From: a virus | IMG/VR virus record: IMGVR_UViG_3300019377_000001 | Location: 1 to 56,130 of that record | Length of the DNA: 56,130 nucleotides | Strand: one strand, 5' to 3' | Shown: positions 31,570-39,544 of the stretch, piece after piece | Layout: each line of letters starts with the position of its first letter | How positions within the stretch are numbered: the first letter of the stretch is position 1 | Program-made: the position numbers and the translations under genes | The notes under the pieces: model-generated | Told to the model about the DNA's origin: nothing | The model's input: the letters and a program-made list of their open reading frames with translations, nothing else | The model's database searches: none

Positions 31570-32210
31570 GGCACGAGCGCCGTGGGGACCACCATCGCGT
31601 TGACGCGGTACACCCAGCAGTAGGAGGACACGTCGCCGTCCTGCACCTTGAACCAGGTGCTGTTCTTGATCTCGGTGTTGCCCGACACGGTGCTGATGGA
31701 GTCGGCGGTGAACGCGGCGACAGGGACATCGTTCTGGGTCTTGACGACGACGAGCCGCGAGCGCCCGGTGAACGCGTCCTCGACGTTGCGCTGCAGGATG
31801 TTGACCCAGGGGACGCCCGGCTCGGTGGACGTGATCGCGATCTCGATGTCCTCGCGGTCGATCAGCTCCACGCCGTCGTCGCAGATCATCGCGGACGACC
31901 CGACGAGGTCCACGACCTCCTTGCCGACGGACACGGACACCCAGGCGCCCTTCTCGGTTTTGCCCTCGGTGTCGGAGGTGTCGTGCTTCGGGTCGTGGAA
32001 CGGGTAGATCGCCTTGCCGGCGATGACGGCCGTGGTGTTCCCGCTGTTGTTGTCGTACGTGTACAGCGTGGCCTCGCGGCCCTGCCAGCGCGCCTTCGCG
32101 TCATCGATGCTGAACTCCGCGGCCTCGCAGCCGGCGAGCGCGGTGAGCGGGGCGACGACGACGGCGACGATCGCCGCGGCGGCGCGGCGGGTGCGGGGGG
32201 TGATCCTCAT
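31566..32210 (-). CDS. Secreted lipoprotein
   Basis: Signal peptide with the lipobox LTALAGC (MRITPRTRRAAAAIVAVVVAPLTALAGCEAA). Confidence 0.75.
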   Translation of the reverse strand: MRITPRTRRAAAAIVAVVVAPLTALAGCEAAEFSIDDAKARWQGREATLYTYDNNSGNTTAVIAGKAIYPFHDPKHDTSDTEGKTEKGAWVSVSVGKEVVDLVGSSAMICDDGVELIDREDIEIAITSTEPGVPWVNILQRNVEDAFTGRSRLVVVKTQNDVPVAAFTADSISTVSGNTEIKNSTWFKVQDGDVSSYCWVYRVNAMVVPTALVP

Positions 32211-32249
32211 GCGTGGTGTGGTCCTCTCGGGGTGGTGTGCGTGGTGTGG

Positions 32250-32597
32250 TCAGTGGTGGCGCTGCTCGCGGATGCGGGCCTTCTTGCCGCGTAGCTCGCG
32301 CAGGTAGTAGAGCTTCGCGCGGCGCACGACGCCGCGGCGCACGACCTCGATGGACTCGATCGACGGCGTGTGGAGCGGGAACTTCCGCTCGACGCCGGCG
32401 CCGAAGCTGATCTTGCGGACGGTGAACGTCTCACCGACGCCGCGGCCGTGCCGCGCGATGACGACGCCCTGGAACGCCTGGACGCGGGTCCGTTCGCCCT
32501 CGGTGACCTTGACGTTCACGCGGACCGTGTCGCCGGCCCGGAAGTCGGGGATGTCGGTGCGCATCGAGTCGGTGTCGATGGTGTCGAGCTTCTGCAT
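32250..32597 (-). CDS. rplS: Ribosomal protein bL19 homologue
   Basis: Full-length match to the L19 pattern: ...[18 protein letters not shown].+.[10 protein letters not shown]....[35 protein letters not shown]. Confidence 0.85.
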   Translation of the reverse strand: MQKLDTIDTDSMRTDIPDFRAGDTVRVNVKVTEGERTRVQAFQGVVIARHGRGVGETFTVRKISFGAGVERKFPLHTPSIESIEVVRRGVVRRAKLYYLRELRGKKARIREQRHH

Positions 32598-32628
32598 GGT
32601 GGTGCCTCTCGGGGTGGTGTGCGGGTGG

Positions 32629-32862
32629 TCAGGAGCGGGGGTGGCCGTCGGCGTGCTGCAGGACCTCCATGAACAGAACGCCGGTGGCGTCCCGGTCGCG
32701 CAGTGCCGTGGTGGTGACCTTGGCGCCGACGAGGACGACGGCCCAGTACCGGACGCGGCGGGGCAGCAGCGTAGCGGCCTTCATGTCGGCCCAGTCGGCG
32801 GTGCGCTGCAGGCGGTTGCGGAACGTCATCGCGGGGATGGTCCAGATGGTCGTCAGCTTCAC
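32629..32862 (-). CDS. Hypothetical protein
   Basis: I trimmed the ORF to the GTG at 32862 (GTGA overlap). 77 aa. Confidence 0.5.
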   Translation of the reverse strand: MKLTTIWTIPAMTFRNRLQRTADWADMKAATLLPRRVRYWAVVLVGAKVTTTALRDRDATGVLFMEVLQHADGHPRS

Positions 32863-33287
32863 GACTTCGGCTCCGGCTCGACGGGGGCCGGCGTGGTGGC
32901 CGGCGCGGGCTCGGGAGTGTCGGTGTCGTCGTCGTACGTGGTGTCCGTGGGGGCCGCGCTGGTGAACCTGCGCAGCATCTCCTCCGGCATGCCGACGGCC
33001 CGCAGGGTGTCCAGCAGGCTGTCGGCCGCCCGTGTCATGTCCTCGAGCTTCGCGACGTCGGCGCGGGCCTGGTCGAGCCGGATGAGTGTTTGGAACGTGG
33101 TAACGGCCCACCCGGCGACGAGCCAGAACGCGACGGTCAGGAGCCACCACGGGGCACTGGTCTCGATGACACGGGCCGTCGCGGCGAACGTGACCGTCAG
33201 GCCGATGCAGTGCAACGCGAGCGCGATGCGGCGTCGCGTGCGGACCCGCTTCACCAGGTCGAGCGCGTCCTTGAAGTAGTCGATCAT
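32859..33287 (-). CDS. Membrane protein (2 TM) with an acidic tail
   Basis: I trimmed the ORF to the ATG at 33287 (MIDYFKDALDL...). Confidence 0.6.
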   Translation of the reverse strand: MIDYFKDALDLVKRVRTRRRIALALHCIGLTVTFAATARVIETSAPWWLLTVAFWLVAGWAVTTFQTLIRLDQARADVAKLEDMTRAADSLLDTLRAVGMPEEMLRRFTSAAPTDTTYDDDTDTPEPAPATTPAPVEPEPKS

Positions 33288-33300
33288 GGGGTGCCTTCCG

Positions 33301-33819
33301 TTAGGGGTTCGCGCCGGCAGCACGTCGCATGCCGGCGAAGATGTTCTTGACGTCGTCCGGGGTGAGCTCGTCGTACTCGCCCAGCACGTACCGCAGGCGG
33401 ACGTCGATCTGGGCGCCGACGGCGGCCTCGACCCAGTGGTCGGCCATCTCGCGGGCGTCCTCGGGGGTCAGGGACGCCTTCAGGCTGCCGCGGGCGATGT
33501 GCACGTACGGCTGGCCGGTGCCCGCGCCGGCGACGGCCTCGATGCGCAGCGCGACCTTGCCGGCGGCGAGTGGGCGCGCGGCCCGTACGTCGCGGAGCAT
33601 GGCGCCCACCACCTGCAGGTCGGCGCCGAGCCGGTTGCGGAGCACGCCGATCAGGGCGATGTCGGTCTCGGCGCGTGCCGCGGCGGCGTGCAGGTCGCGG
33701 GCCGTCGCGAGGGCGACGTCCGGCTCGATGAGCGCCTCGCCGCCGGGCCAGCTCAGCCGGCATGCGGCCTTCCCGGACTCCATCACCCCGGACTCGATGC
33801 TGAGCTGCTCGTCGGTCAC
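33301..33819 (-). CDS. Hypothetical protein
   Basis: I trimmed the ORF to the GTG at 33819 (GTGA overlap). 172 aa. TAA stop. Confidence 0.55.
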   Translation of the reverse strand: MTDEQLSIESGVMESGKAACRLSWPGGEALIEPDVALATARDLHAAAARAETDIALIGVLRNRLGADLQVVGAMLRDVRAARPLAAGKVALRIEAVAGAGTGQPYVHIARGSLKASLTPEDAREMADHWVEAAVGAQIDVRLRYVLGEYDELTPDDVKNIFAGMRRAAGANP

Positions 33820-34262
33820 TGGGCGGCCTGCGCGAGCTCGGCGCCGGTGGTGCGGCGGGTGCGACCAAGGCGCCGGGCGCGCACGGCGGACAGCATCGCG
33901 CCGGCGAGCCAGGCCAGGGCCATGGCGGTGCACAGCAGGGCGTGCCACGTCAGCGCCTGGGAGACGACGAGGGCAGCGCCCGTAGCTGCCACGCAGCCGG
34001 CGAACGCGGCGAGGCATGCGGCGGCGACGAGCCACCACGCCTGCGCCAGGCCCTCCAGGTAGGTCATGGCAACGAACCACGCGTGATCGGCGTCGTTCAC
34101 CAGGCGCGGGTCGGCGCCGGACGGCGGTACGGGGCGGAGCGGGACCGCGAGCTCGGCGGGGTTCGCGCCGGACGCGATCAGGTCCTCGCGCTGGGACGCG
34201 AGCTGCCGGCCGCGCTCGTGCAGGCGCTTGTACCGGCGCCACTGCCTACGGGTGGTGGTCAT
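33816..34262 (-). CDS. Membrane protein (about 3 TM)
   Basis: I trimmed the ORF to the ATG at 34262 (ATGA overlap). MTTTRRQWRRYKRLHERG... followed by hydrophobic helices. Confidence 0.6.
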   Translation of the reverse strand: MTTTRRQWRRYKRLHERGRQLASQREDLIASGANPAELAVPLRPVPPSGADPRLVNDADHAWFVAMTYLEGLAQAWWLVAAACLAAFAGCVAATGAALVVSQALTWHALLCTAMALAWLAGAMLSAVRARRLGRTRRTTGAELAQAAQ

Positions 34263-34504
34263 GGTCGTTCTCCTCGCATCGTCGCGGTCAGGCACTCGCC
34301 GCACATCTGCTCGCCGTCGCCGTTGAACCATCCCAGCGCGCGGCCGGTCACGAGCTGCAGCGGGGTGTAGTCGTAGTCATCGGCCACGGTCCGCGCACGG
34401 CCGCAGTCGGCGCACGTGATGCCCGGTGCCATCGTGGACGCCGCGCCGTGTGCGTCGAGGTCCACGGGCTGCTGGTCGGCGGCCTGCGCGGGGGTATCGC
34501 TCAC
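34259..34504 (-). CDS. Zinc-ribbon protein
   Basis: I trimmed the ORF to the GTG at 34504 (GTGA overlap). CADCG...CGEC. Confidence 0.5.
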   Translation of the reverse strand: MSDTPAQAADQQPVDLDAHGAASTMAPGITCADCGRARTVADDYDYTPLQLVTGRALGWFNGDGEQMCGECLTATMRGERP

Positions 34505-34908
34505 GAGTCGAGCCGCACGACGGCGTAGCTCGACCCGGTCAGCGCGGCGGCGCGGCGGTAGTACGGCGACTGCTGCACATCGCTCATCACGGCCCAGTCG
34601 TGGCCGTCGGCCTGCGCGAGCACCTGCGCCACCTCGGCTGTCGTGAGGTTGGACGCCTCCGGCATGTTCAGCGCCGGATCGCGCCACAGCTCGGCGCCGA
34701 TCCCGATGCGCTCCGCGACGTACCGCAGGATCCGTACCCGGGTGTCGTAGGTCTGGAGCTGCAGGATGACGAGGATCGCCTCCATGGCCTGCAGCTCGGG
34801 GTCGCCCTGCGTCACGGTGATGTTGATGGTCGTGGTGCCGTCGCTCTCAGCGATGCGCTCCCCGTGGCCCTCGACGGTGGCAGCGTCCGGTGTGGTGTTT
34901 TCCTGCAT
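34501..34908 (-). CDS. Hypothetical protein
   Basis: I trimmed the ORF to the ATG at 34908, after a CAGGAGGAAC SD. 135 aa. Confidence 0.65.
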   Translation of the reverse strand: MQENTTPDAATVEGHGERIAESDGTTTINITVTQGDPELQAMEAILVILQLQTYDTRVRILRYVAERIGIGAELWRDPALNMPEASNLTTAEVAQVLAQADGHDWAVMSDVQQSPYYRRAAALTGSSYAVVRLDS

Positions 34909-34958
34909 GGTTCCTCCTGTGAGTGGTGCGGTCCAACACGGTAGCGGGTGTGGGCTGA

Positions 34959-35339
34959 TCAGAACAGCGTTCCCTGTTCCGGCACGTCGTCGGGCCACGA
35001 CCCGGCGGCGGTGTAGTCCGTGTCCTCGAGGTCCCACACCTCGCCCGTGTCGAGGTCGGTGACCTCGTCCAGGTGGCAGCCGGGGCAGCGGCGCACGACG
35101 AGCCGGACGTGCGGGTACAGGTCCGCGACGCCGGCGCCCGGCATGAGCGTGCCGACGGCGCGTAGCTCGCTGTCGCGGATCCACCCGCACCCCGTGCAGG
35201 CCCAGTGGTCGGCCGGGACGTGGAACACGAGCGTCGTGCGGCCCGCGAGGCCGGCCTCGTCGGTCCAGTCCGACCACTGCACCGGCCGCCCGTCCCACAG
35301 CGGCGGCAGGTCGTGTGGGCGGGCGGGCGGCGTCACCAC
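34959..35339 (-). CDS. Zinc-ribbon protein
   Basis: I trimmed the ORF to the GTG at 35339, 1 nt after the upstream stop. CTGCG...CPGC. Confidence 0.5.
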   Translation of the reverse strand: MVTPPARPHDLPPLWDGRPVQWSDWTDEAGLAGRTTLVFHVPADHWACTGCGWIRDSELRAVGTLMPGAGVADLYPHVRLVVRRCPGCHLDEVTDLDTGEVWDLEDTDYTAAGSWPDDVPEQGTLF

Positions 35340-35340
35340 G

Positions 35341-35502
35341 TCAGGATGCCTCGTCCTCGCGTGCCGCGACGGCGAGCTGCCGGGCGGCGTCGTCCCAGCG
35401 GAGGTTCTGCGCCCGGGCGTGGTCGGACACGAGCGCGACGATCTCATCCCAGCCCATGGGCGCGAGCTCGCGGCGCAGCGTGGTGAAGGTCCCGGGGTTC
35501 AC
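35341..35502 (-). CDS. Hypothetical small protein (53 aa)
   Basis: The GTG at 35502 overlaps the TGA of the initiator gene. Confidence 0.45.
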   Translation of the reverse strand: MNPGTFTTLRRELAPMGWDEIVALVSDHARAQNLRWDDAARQLAVAAREDEAS

Positions 35503-36734
35503 AGGGCACCGTCCTGGGTAGCGCGCGTGGCGGCGACGTCGAGCACGGTGCCGATCGTCGTCGTGCGGCGGCCGGCACCGGCAGGCAGCGAGCGCCGGAC
35601 GGCGAGGACAGCCTCGCGGCCGGCGCCCGGCGAGCGGTCCACGGAGGACGCGGTGATCGCGATCTCCTTGGCGGCGCCGGTGCCTGACGGCGTGGTGTCG
35701 AGGTTCGGGTTGCACGCGGGGCAGCGGCGGACGTACTCGCGGCCCTCGTGGTCGTTCGCGACGGCGAGCCGAGTGTCCCGGTCGCACCCGCCGCACCACC
35801 GCGGGGTGGTGCGGCCCGGGGGAGGCCCGGGGATGGCCTGGCCGAACGTCTCGGCGGTGCGCCACTGGGCGATCCGCTCGGACAGCCGGGAGCCGGTGTG
35901 GAGCGTGAGGATCAGGCCGTCGGGGTTCGTAGCTCCGGTGGCGTCCACGAGCCAGGTGCGGAACCGTGCGGCCTCGTCGCGGTTGAGCATCATCGCCTCC
36001 AGGACCTGGTCGGGGGTGGCGCGCGTAGCGTCGCCACGAGCACCGGGATCCGCCGTCGTTGCAGCAGCGTCGCGCGCATCACCTGAGGTGATGCTGCTGC
36101 TGGAAGTCTCCACGGGGGATGCAGTAGCCGCGCTACGCGCGGCACTGCGGGGAGGGTCATGGGGAGGGTTACTGGGGAGGGTTGGGTGACTTGTAGTCAC
36201 CTCGTGCGGTGACTCGTAGTCACCCCGGCCCTGACTCGTAGTCAGCCCGTCGTCGTCCGCGGGGTGACTCGTAGTCACCCCGTCGGCGCGCGGACGCTTC
36301 ACGCCCTTGTCGACGCGCTGGTTCTTCTCGGGGGCGGGGGTGTGCTCGGGGCGGTCCTGCGGAGTCAGCGGGGGCCGGCCACGGCCGGCACGCCACACGT
36401 TGACCGACAGCTCGACGTCGTCGCCGTTGTAGCTCTTCTCGGGACGGAAGAACGAGTACGGCACCTGCAGGTCGTACACGACGGGGCGGCGGTCGACGGG
36501 GATCATCCGTGCCGAGGTCTGGTCGCCGCGGCGAAGGAGGCCGCGCTCCTCGAGCGTGGCGATCCGGCGCTGGACGGTGCGCTCGGCAAGGCGGGTGCGC
36601 TGCGAGATGGTCGTGACGCTGAGGAACGAGTTGGTCCCGTCCTGGTCGGCGGCCTCGGCCATCGCGACCAGCACGGCCCACTCGTTGACGTCCGCGACGG
36701 GGGCCGACTTCACGGCCCAGAGGATCTGCTCCAC
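35499..36734 (-). CDS. Winged-helix replication-initiator-like protein (lambda O analogue) carrying its own iterons
   Basis: N-terminal wHTH (FLSVTTISQRTRLAERTVQRRIATLEERGLL). The repeated peptide GVTTSHP/GLTTSQ/EVTTSHP is encoded by the iterons. C-terminal CGGC...CPAC. Confidence 0.6.
   Translation of the reverse strand: MEQILWAVKSAPVADVNEWAVLVAMAEAADQDGTNSFLSVTTISQRTRLAERTVQRRIATLEERGLLRRGDQTSARMIPVDRRPVVYDLQVPYSFFRPEKSYNGDDVELSVNVWRAGRGRPPLTPQDRPEHTPAPEKNQRVDKGVKRPRADGVTTSHPADDDGLTTSQGRGDYESPHEVTTSHPTLPSNPPHDPPRSAARSAATASPVETSSSSITSGDARDAAATTADPGARGDATRATPDQVLEAMMLNRDEAARFRTWLVDATGATNPDGLILTLHTGSRLSERIAQWRTAETFGQAIPGPPPGRTTPRWCGGCDRDTRLAVANDHEGREYVRRCPACNPNLDTTPSGTGAAKEIAITASSVDRSPGAGREAVLAVRRSLPAGAGRRTTTIGTVLDVAATRATQDGAL
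36149..36278. repeat. Origin-like repeat block: 3 x GGGGAGGGT plus 4 x inverted-repeat iterons GTGACT-CGT-AGTCAC
   Basis: 9-mers at 36149, 36161 and 36174. Iterons at 36186-36200, 36209-36223, 36231-36245 (CTGACT..AGTCAG) and 36264-36278. Iteron spacing is 23, 22 and 33 bp. Confidence 0.6.
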
Positions 36735-36930
36735 TGCGGGATGCTCCCTTGTTCGGGGAGTGACGTTGCCCGCGTTGTCCGGTATAGTGGTACCCGGAGT
36801 TTCGCGAGTGGTCTGGTCACTCGTGAGGCTGAGGCCGTCCCTCTGCCAGGAGGGGCGGCCTCACTTGTGTGTGGGAACCATACCTCTGCATGTACCGGTT
36901 GACGAGCAAGGCCGGGTGTGGCGCGTCCAG

Positions 36931-36991
36931 TTGCGCTGGTCCCACATGCGTGTGGTACTGTTCTATCACGAGGTCAGGGAAAAGTCCCGAC
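36931..36991 (+). promoter_or_regulatory. Conserved promoter-operator-leader cassette, copy I (plus strand)
   Basis: TTGCGC-19 nt-TACTGT. Palindrome CCACATGCGTGTGG at 36942-36955. Bulged hairpin at 36973-36991. Confidence 0.6.
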
Positions 36992-37011
36992 CCGGAGCCA
37001 CGGAGGCAAGC

Positions 37012-37536
37012 ATGCCAAGCATCATCCGTCCCACGGACTACAGCGACCACGAGTCGAGCACCCGCACCCTCGGTGCGTGGGACCCGGCCACCCTCAAGCG
37101 CCTGGTGCCGTTCCTCGCCGGGCAGCGCGTGATCGTCGTCACCGACCGCGGCAACGGCCACGCCGTCGAGGGCTACGTCGTCGGGATCCAGGAGGCCACC
37201 GCCCGCTCGGACTACCCGCACATCGTCATGGCCGACACCCCGGACGACAGCCTCAAGCGGCTGCACCGGGTGTCCGACCTCGGGGAGATCATGCTCCTCA
37301 CCGACAGCAACGCCCGCTGGAGCCTGCACACCGCGATCCACCACGAGACCGGTGCGGCGCTGAAGGCGGTCCGTCAGTTCCTCGGCACCGACTTCCCGCC
37401 CGGGGCGCCGTACAAGGGCCCGCGTCGGTGGACCACGACCCTGTCGTGGAGCGGCGTGCGGGTCGGGTGGGGCGAGTCCTACCGCGACCGCCGGTGGTTC
37501 GTGGACACCAAGGGCAACGTCCGCGAGTACGCCTGA
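37012..37536 (+). CDS. Hypothetical protein
   Basis: I trimmed the ORF to the ATG at 37012, after a CGGAGGCAAGC SD. 174 aa. Confidence 0.7.
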   Translation: MPSIIRPTDYSDHESSTRTLGAWDPATLKRLVPFLAGQRVIVVTDRGNGHAVEGYVVGIQEATARSDYPHIVMADTPDDSLKRLHRVSDLGEIMLLTDSNARWSLHTAIHHETGAALKAVRQFLGTDFPPGAPYKGPRRWTTTLSWSGVRVGWGESYRDRRWFVDTKGNVREYA

Positions 37537-37615
37537 TCTGCCGGTGCGGCCCGGCCTGGGGTCACCCCCGGGCCGCACCTGGCTACCCACCCACCACACA
37601 CGGAACGAGGACACC

Positions 37616-38245
37616 ATGCCTGACCTGCACATCACCATCGCGATCCCCGGCTCCTGGGACGCGCACGTGTGCGACGCGAACTGCGACTGCCCCCGGGCCC
37701 TCGCCCGGACCCAGACCGCGATCGACGCCGCCCGTGTCGAGGACGGCCGCGAGCCGCGCCCGCTGAGCAAGCGCCTGCACGCCATGCGGCACGCGACCCC
37801 CGACCCCGAGTGGTTCGACGTCGTGTCGTTCCAGGCGCAGCAGCTCGAAGACCTCGCCGCCCTGCAGCACCGCGACACCACCGCCGGGACACAGGCCGCC
37901 GACTGGGCCGCGACGCAGGACGCCGCCGACGCCGCGACACCGACCCAGCGTCGGGACATGCTGCGCGACGCGATCGCCGCCACCGTCCGCGACCTCGAGC
38001 GCGCCGAGCTGCTGCCCGTCACGCACGAGTACGTTCACGACCCCCGCGCGGAGATCTCCCGCGTCTACGCCGGGACCCAGGTGTTCGCCGCGGAGATGAC
38101 CGGCAAGCTCGACACCCCGGCCGCGCACTACGTCGTCACGACGTCCGACGAGGTGGACGACGACGCCGCGACCGAGCGGTTCACGACCGACCTGAACGCG
38201 GTACGCGCCTGGCTCCTCGCCTGGGCGTGCGCACCGCGCCACTAG
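37616..38245 (+). CDS. Hypothetical protein
   Basis: I trimmed the ORF to the ATG at 37616 (MPDLHITIAIPGSWDAHVCDANCDCP...). 209 aa. Confidence 0.65.
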   Translation: MPDLHITIAIPGSWDAHVCDANCDCPRALARTQTAIDAARVEDGREPRPLSKRLHAMRHATPDPEWFDVVSFQAQQLEDLAALQHRDTTAGTQAADWAATQDAADAATPTQRRDMLRDAIAATVRDLERAELLPVTHEYVHDPRAEISRVYAGTQVFAAEMTGKLDTPAAHYVVTTSDEVDDDAATERFTTDLNAVRAWLLAWACAPRH

Positions 38246-38296
38246 CTGCACCACCCGCACCACCCACATAACCCACCACCAGGAAGGAAACCCGCC

Positions 38297-38449
38297 ATGT
38301 CCGGATGGGGACAGCGAGACGAGACGACCCGCGAGGAGCGCGCGAGCTGGAAGAAGCGCGCCGAGGAGCAGATGGCCGAGCAGAACGGCGAGGGCGACGA
38401 GCAGGAGCAGCCCGAGCAGAAGCACCGCCGCGCACGACGACCCCAGTAG
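38297..38449 (+). CDS. Small charged protein (50 aa); below the ORF-track size cutoff
   Basis: AGGAAGGAAA SD, then MSGWGQRDETTREERASWKKRAEEQMAEQNGEGDEQEQPEQKHRRARRPQ. A hairpin follows. Confidence 0.5.
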   Translation: MSGWGQRDETTREERASWKKRAEEQMAEQNGEGDEQEQPEQKHRRARRPQ

Positions 38450-38469
38450 GTTCCTGACGCAGTCTCTCG

Positions 38470-38500
38470 CCCACCAGCCGCACCCCGTGCGGCTGGTGGG
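38470..38500 (+). terminator. Hairpin after the 50-aa ORF
   Basis: Perfect 14-bp stem CCCACCAGCCGCAC / GTGCGGCTGGTGGG. Confidence 0.5.
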
Positions 38501-38548
38501 CGGGGGAGTCCAGCAGGTACCCCACACGCCCAGAAAGGCACCCACCTG

Positions 38549-39064
38549 ATGACCGACACCACCACTCCGACCACCGGCGCCGAGCCCGAAGAGGTCACCG
38601 CGGGCTGGCTGTTCATGACCGCGAACGCCCTCGGCCTGTCCGACGCGGACCTCGCGTACGTCCTCGACGTGCGACCCGACACCCTGCGCAAGCACTGGAA
38701 GTTCGGCACACAGCCCGTGCCCGACGGCGTCCGCGCCGACCTGCAGCAGTTCATCGAATTCACCGACGCGTGCGTGGACGTCCTCGTGTCCCGCGCCGAG
38801 GACATGGACGAGCCCGCGATCATCGTCTACGGCAACCTCCGCGACGTGCCCGAGGGCCACATGGCCGCGACGTACGGCATCACCTGGTGGGACCACGTCG
38901 CCTTCTCCACGAAGAAGCTCGTCCCCGAGGTGTACATCGGGTACGTCGCGGAGGTCGCGATGGCGTACGACTACTCCGCCGGCGTGATCGACGCCGTGCA
39001 CGAGGACCCCTCCGTACTCGCGCTGCACGCCCGCAGCACCGAACGCCAGCGCACCCGCTCGTGA
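38549..39064 (+). CDS. Hypothetical protein
   Basis: 171-aa ORF with normal composition. Confidence 0.7.
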   Translation: MTDTTTPTTGAEPEEVTAGWLFMTANALGLSDADLAYVLDVRPDTLRKHWKFGTQPVPDGVRADLQQFIEFTDACVDVLVSRAEDMDEPAIIVYGNLRDVPEGHMAATYGITWWDHVAFSTKKLVPEVYIGYVAEVAMAYDYSAGVIDAVHEDPSVLALHARSTERQRTRS

Positions 39065-39198
39065 CACAACGAGGCCCCCAGCACGGTGATGCTGGGGGCC
39101 TCACTGATGGCCCGAGGGGGATCCAAGGGTTCGACGGTGTCGAGGCGTCGACACGGCCAGCATAGAGCCGGCCACCGACGCGCGCGCCCGGTCGTAGC

Positions 39199-39471
39199 TC
39201 ACCCGCTCCGGCGGGACTGCTGCACCAGGTACGTGGACGCCTCGAACCCTAGGATCTCCGCGTTGTCCCCGGGGAACTCCGCCAGCCGCGCCAGCGCCCG
39301 CATCATCCGCACCCACTGCGACGGGTGCCGTGTGCGGGCCGCCGGCGGCAGCCGGGGGAACGAGTCCACTGGGCCACCGTCGGCCGGCCGGTGGGTGTCC
39401 CCGAACGGCGTTGCCTTCACGTAGCGCGCGAGGGCCTCGGCCAGCTCGTCGTGTTCGGTCACGGTACCCAC
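39199..39471 (-). CDS. Hypothetical protein, divergent from 39545..39898
   Basis: 90-aa ORF with a GTG start and a TGA stop. It is the only minus-strand gene in the plus-strand block. Confidence 0.6.
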   Translation of the reverse strand: MGTVTEHDELAEALARYVKATPFGDTHRPADGGPVDSFPRLPPAARTRHPSQWVRMMRALARLAEFPGDNAEILGFEASTYLVQQSRRSG

Positions 39472-39544
39472 CCCGTTTCGCGTTATCGCATTCCAGGAAA
39501 AGCCAGCATAATTCTCAAACCATTACACAATAACGGTGAGGTAA
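39472..39544. promoter_or_regulatory. AT-rich divergent control region
   Basis: This is the most AT-rich 73 nt of the window (...cgttatcgcattccaggaaaagccagcataattctcaaaccattacacaataacggtgaggtaa). It contains the inverted pair CGTTAT/ATAACG. Confidence 0.5.

Larger units (their letters stand above)
707..36435 (+). repeat. Dispersed strand-polar heptamer GTAGCTC (consensus CGTAGCTCG). 29 plus-strand copies lie in this interval and 33 in the whole window.
   Basis: Copy starts by hand scan: 707, 1357, 1850, 4353, 7725, 9087, 9525, 10611, 13675, 13918, 14472, 16565, 17523, 18202, 19370, 21427, 21970, 23901, 25871, 26475, 27911, 28351, 28559, 30875, 32291, 34525, 35162, 35929 and 36429. Four more lie at 39194, 42539, 46612 and 50192. 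Confidence 0.7.
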
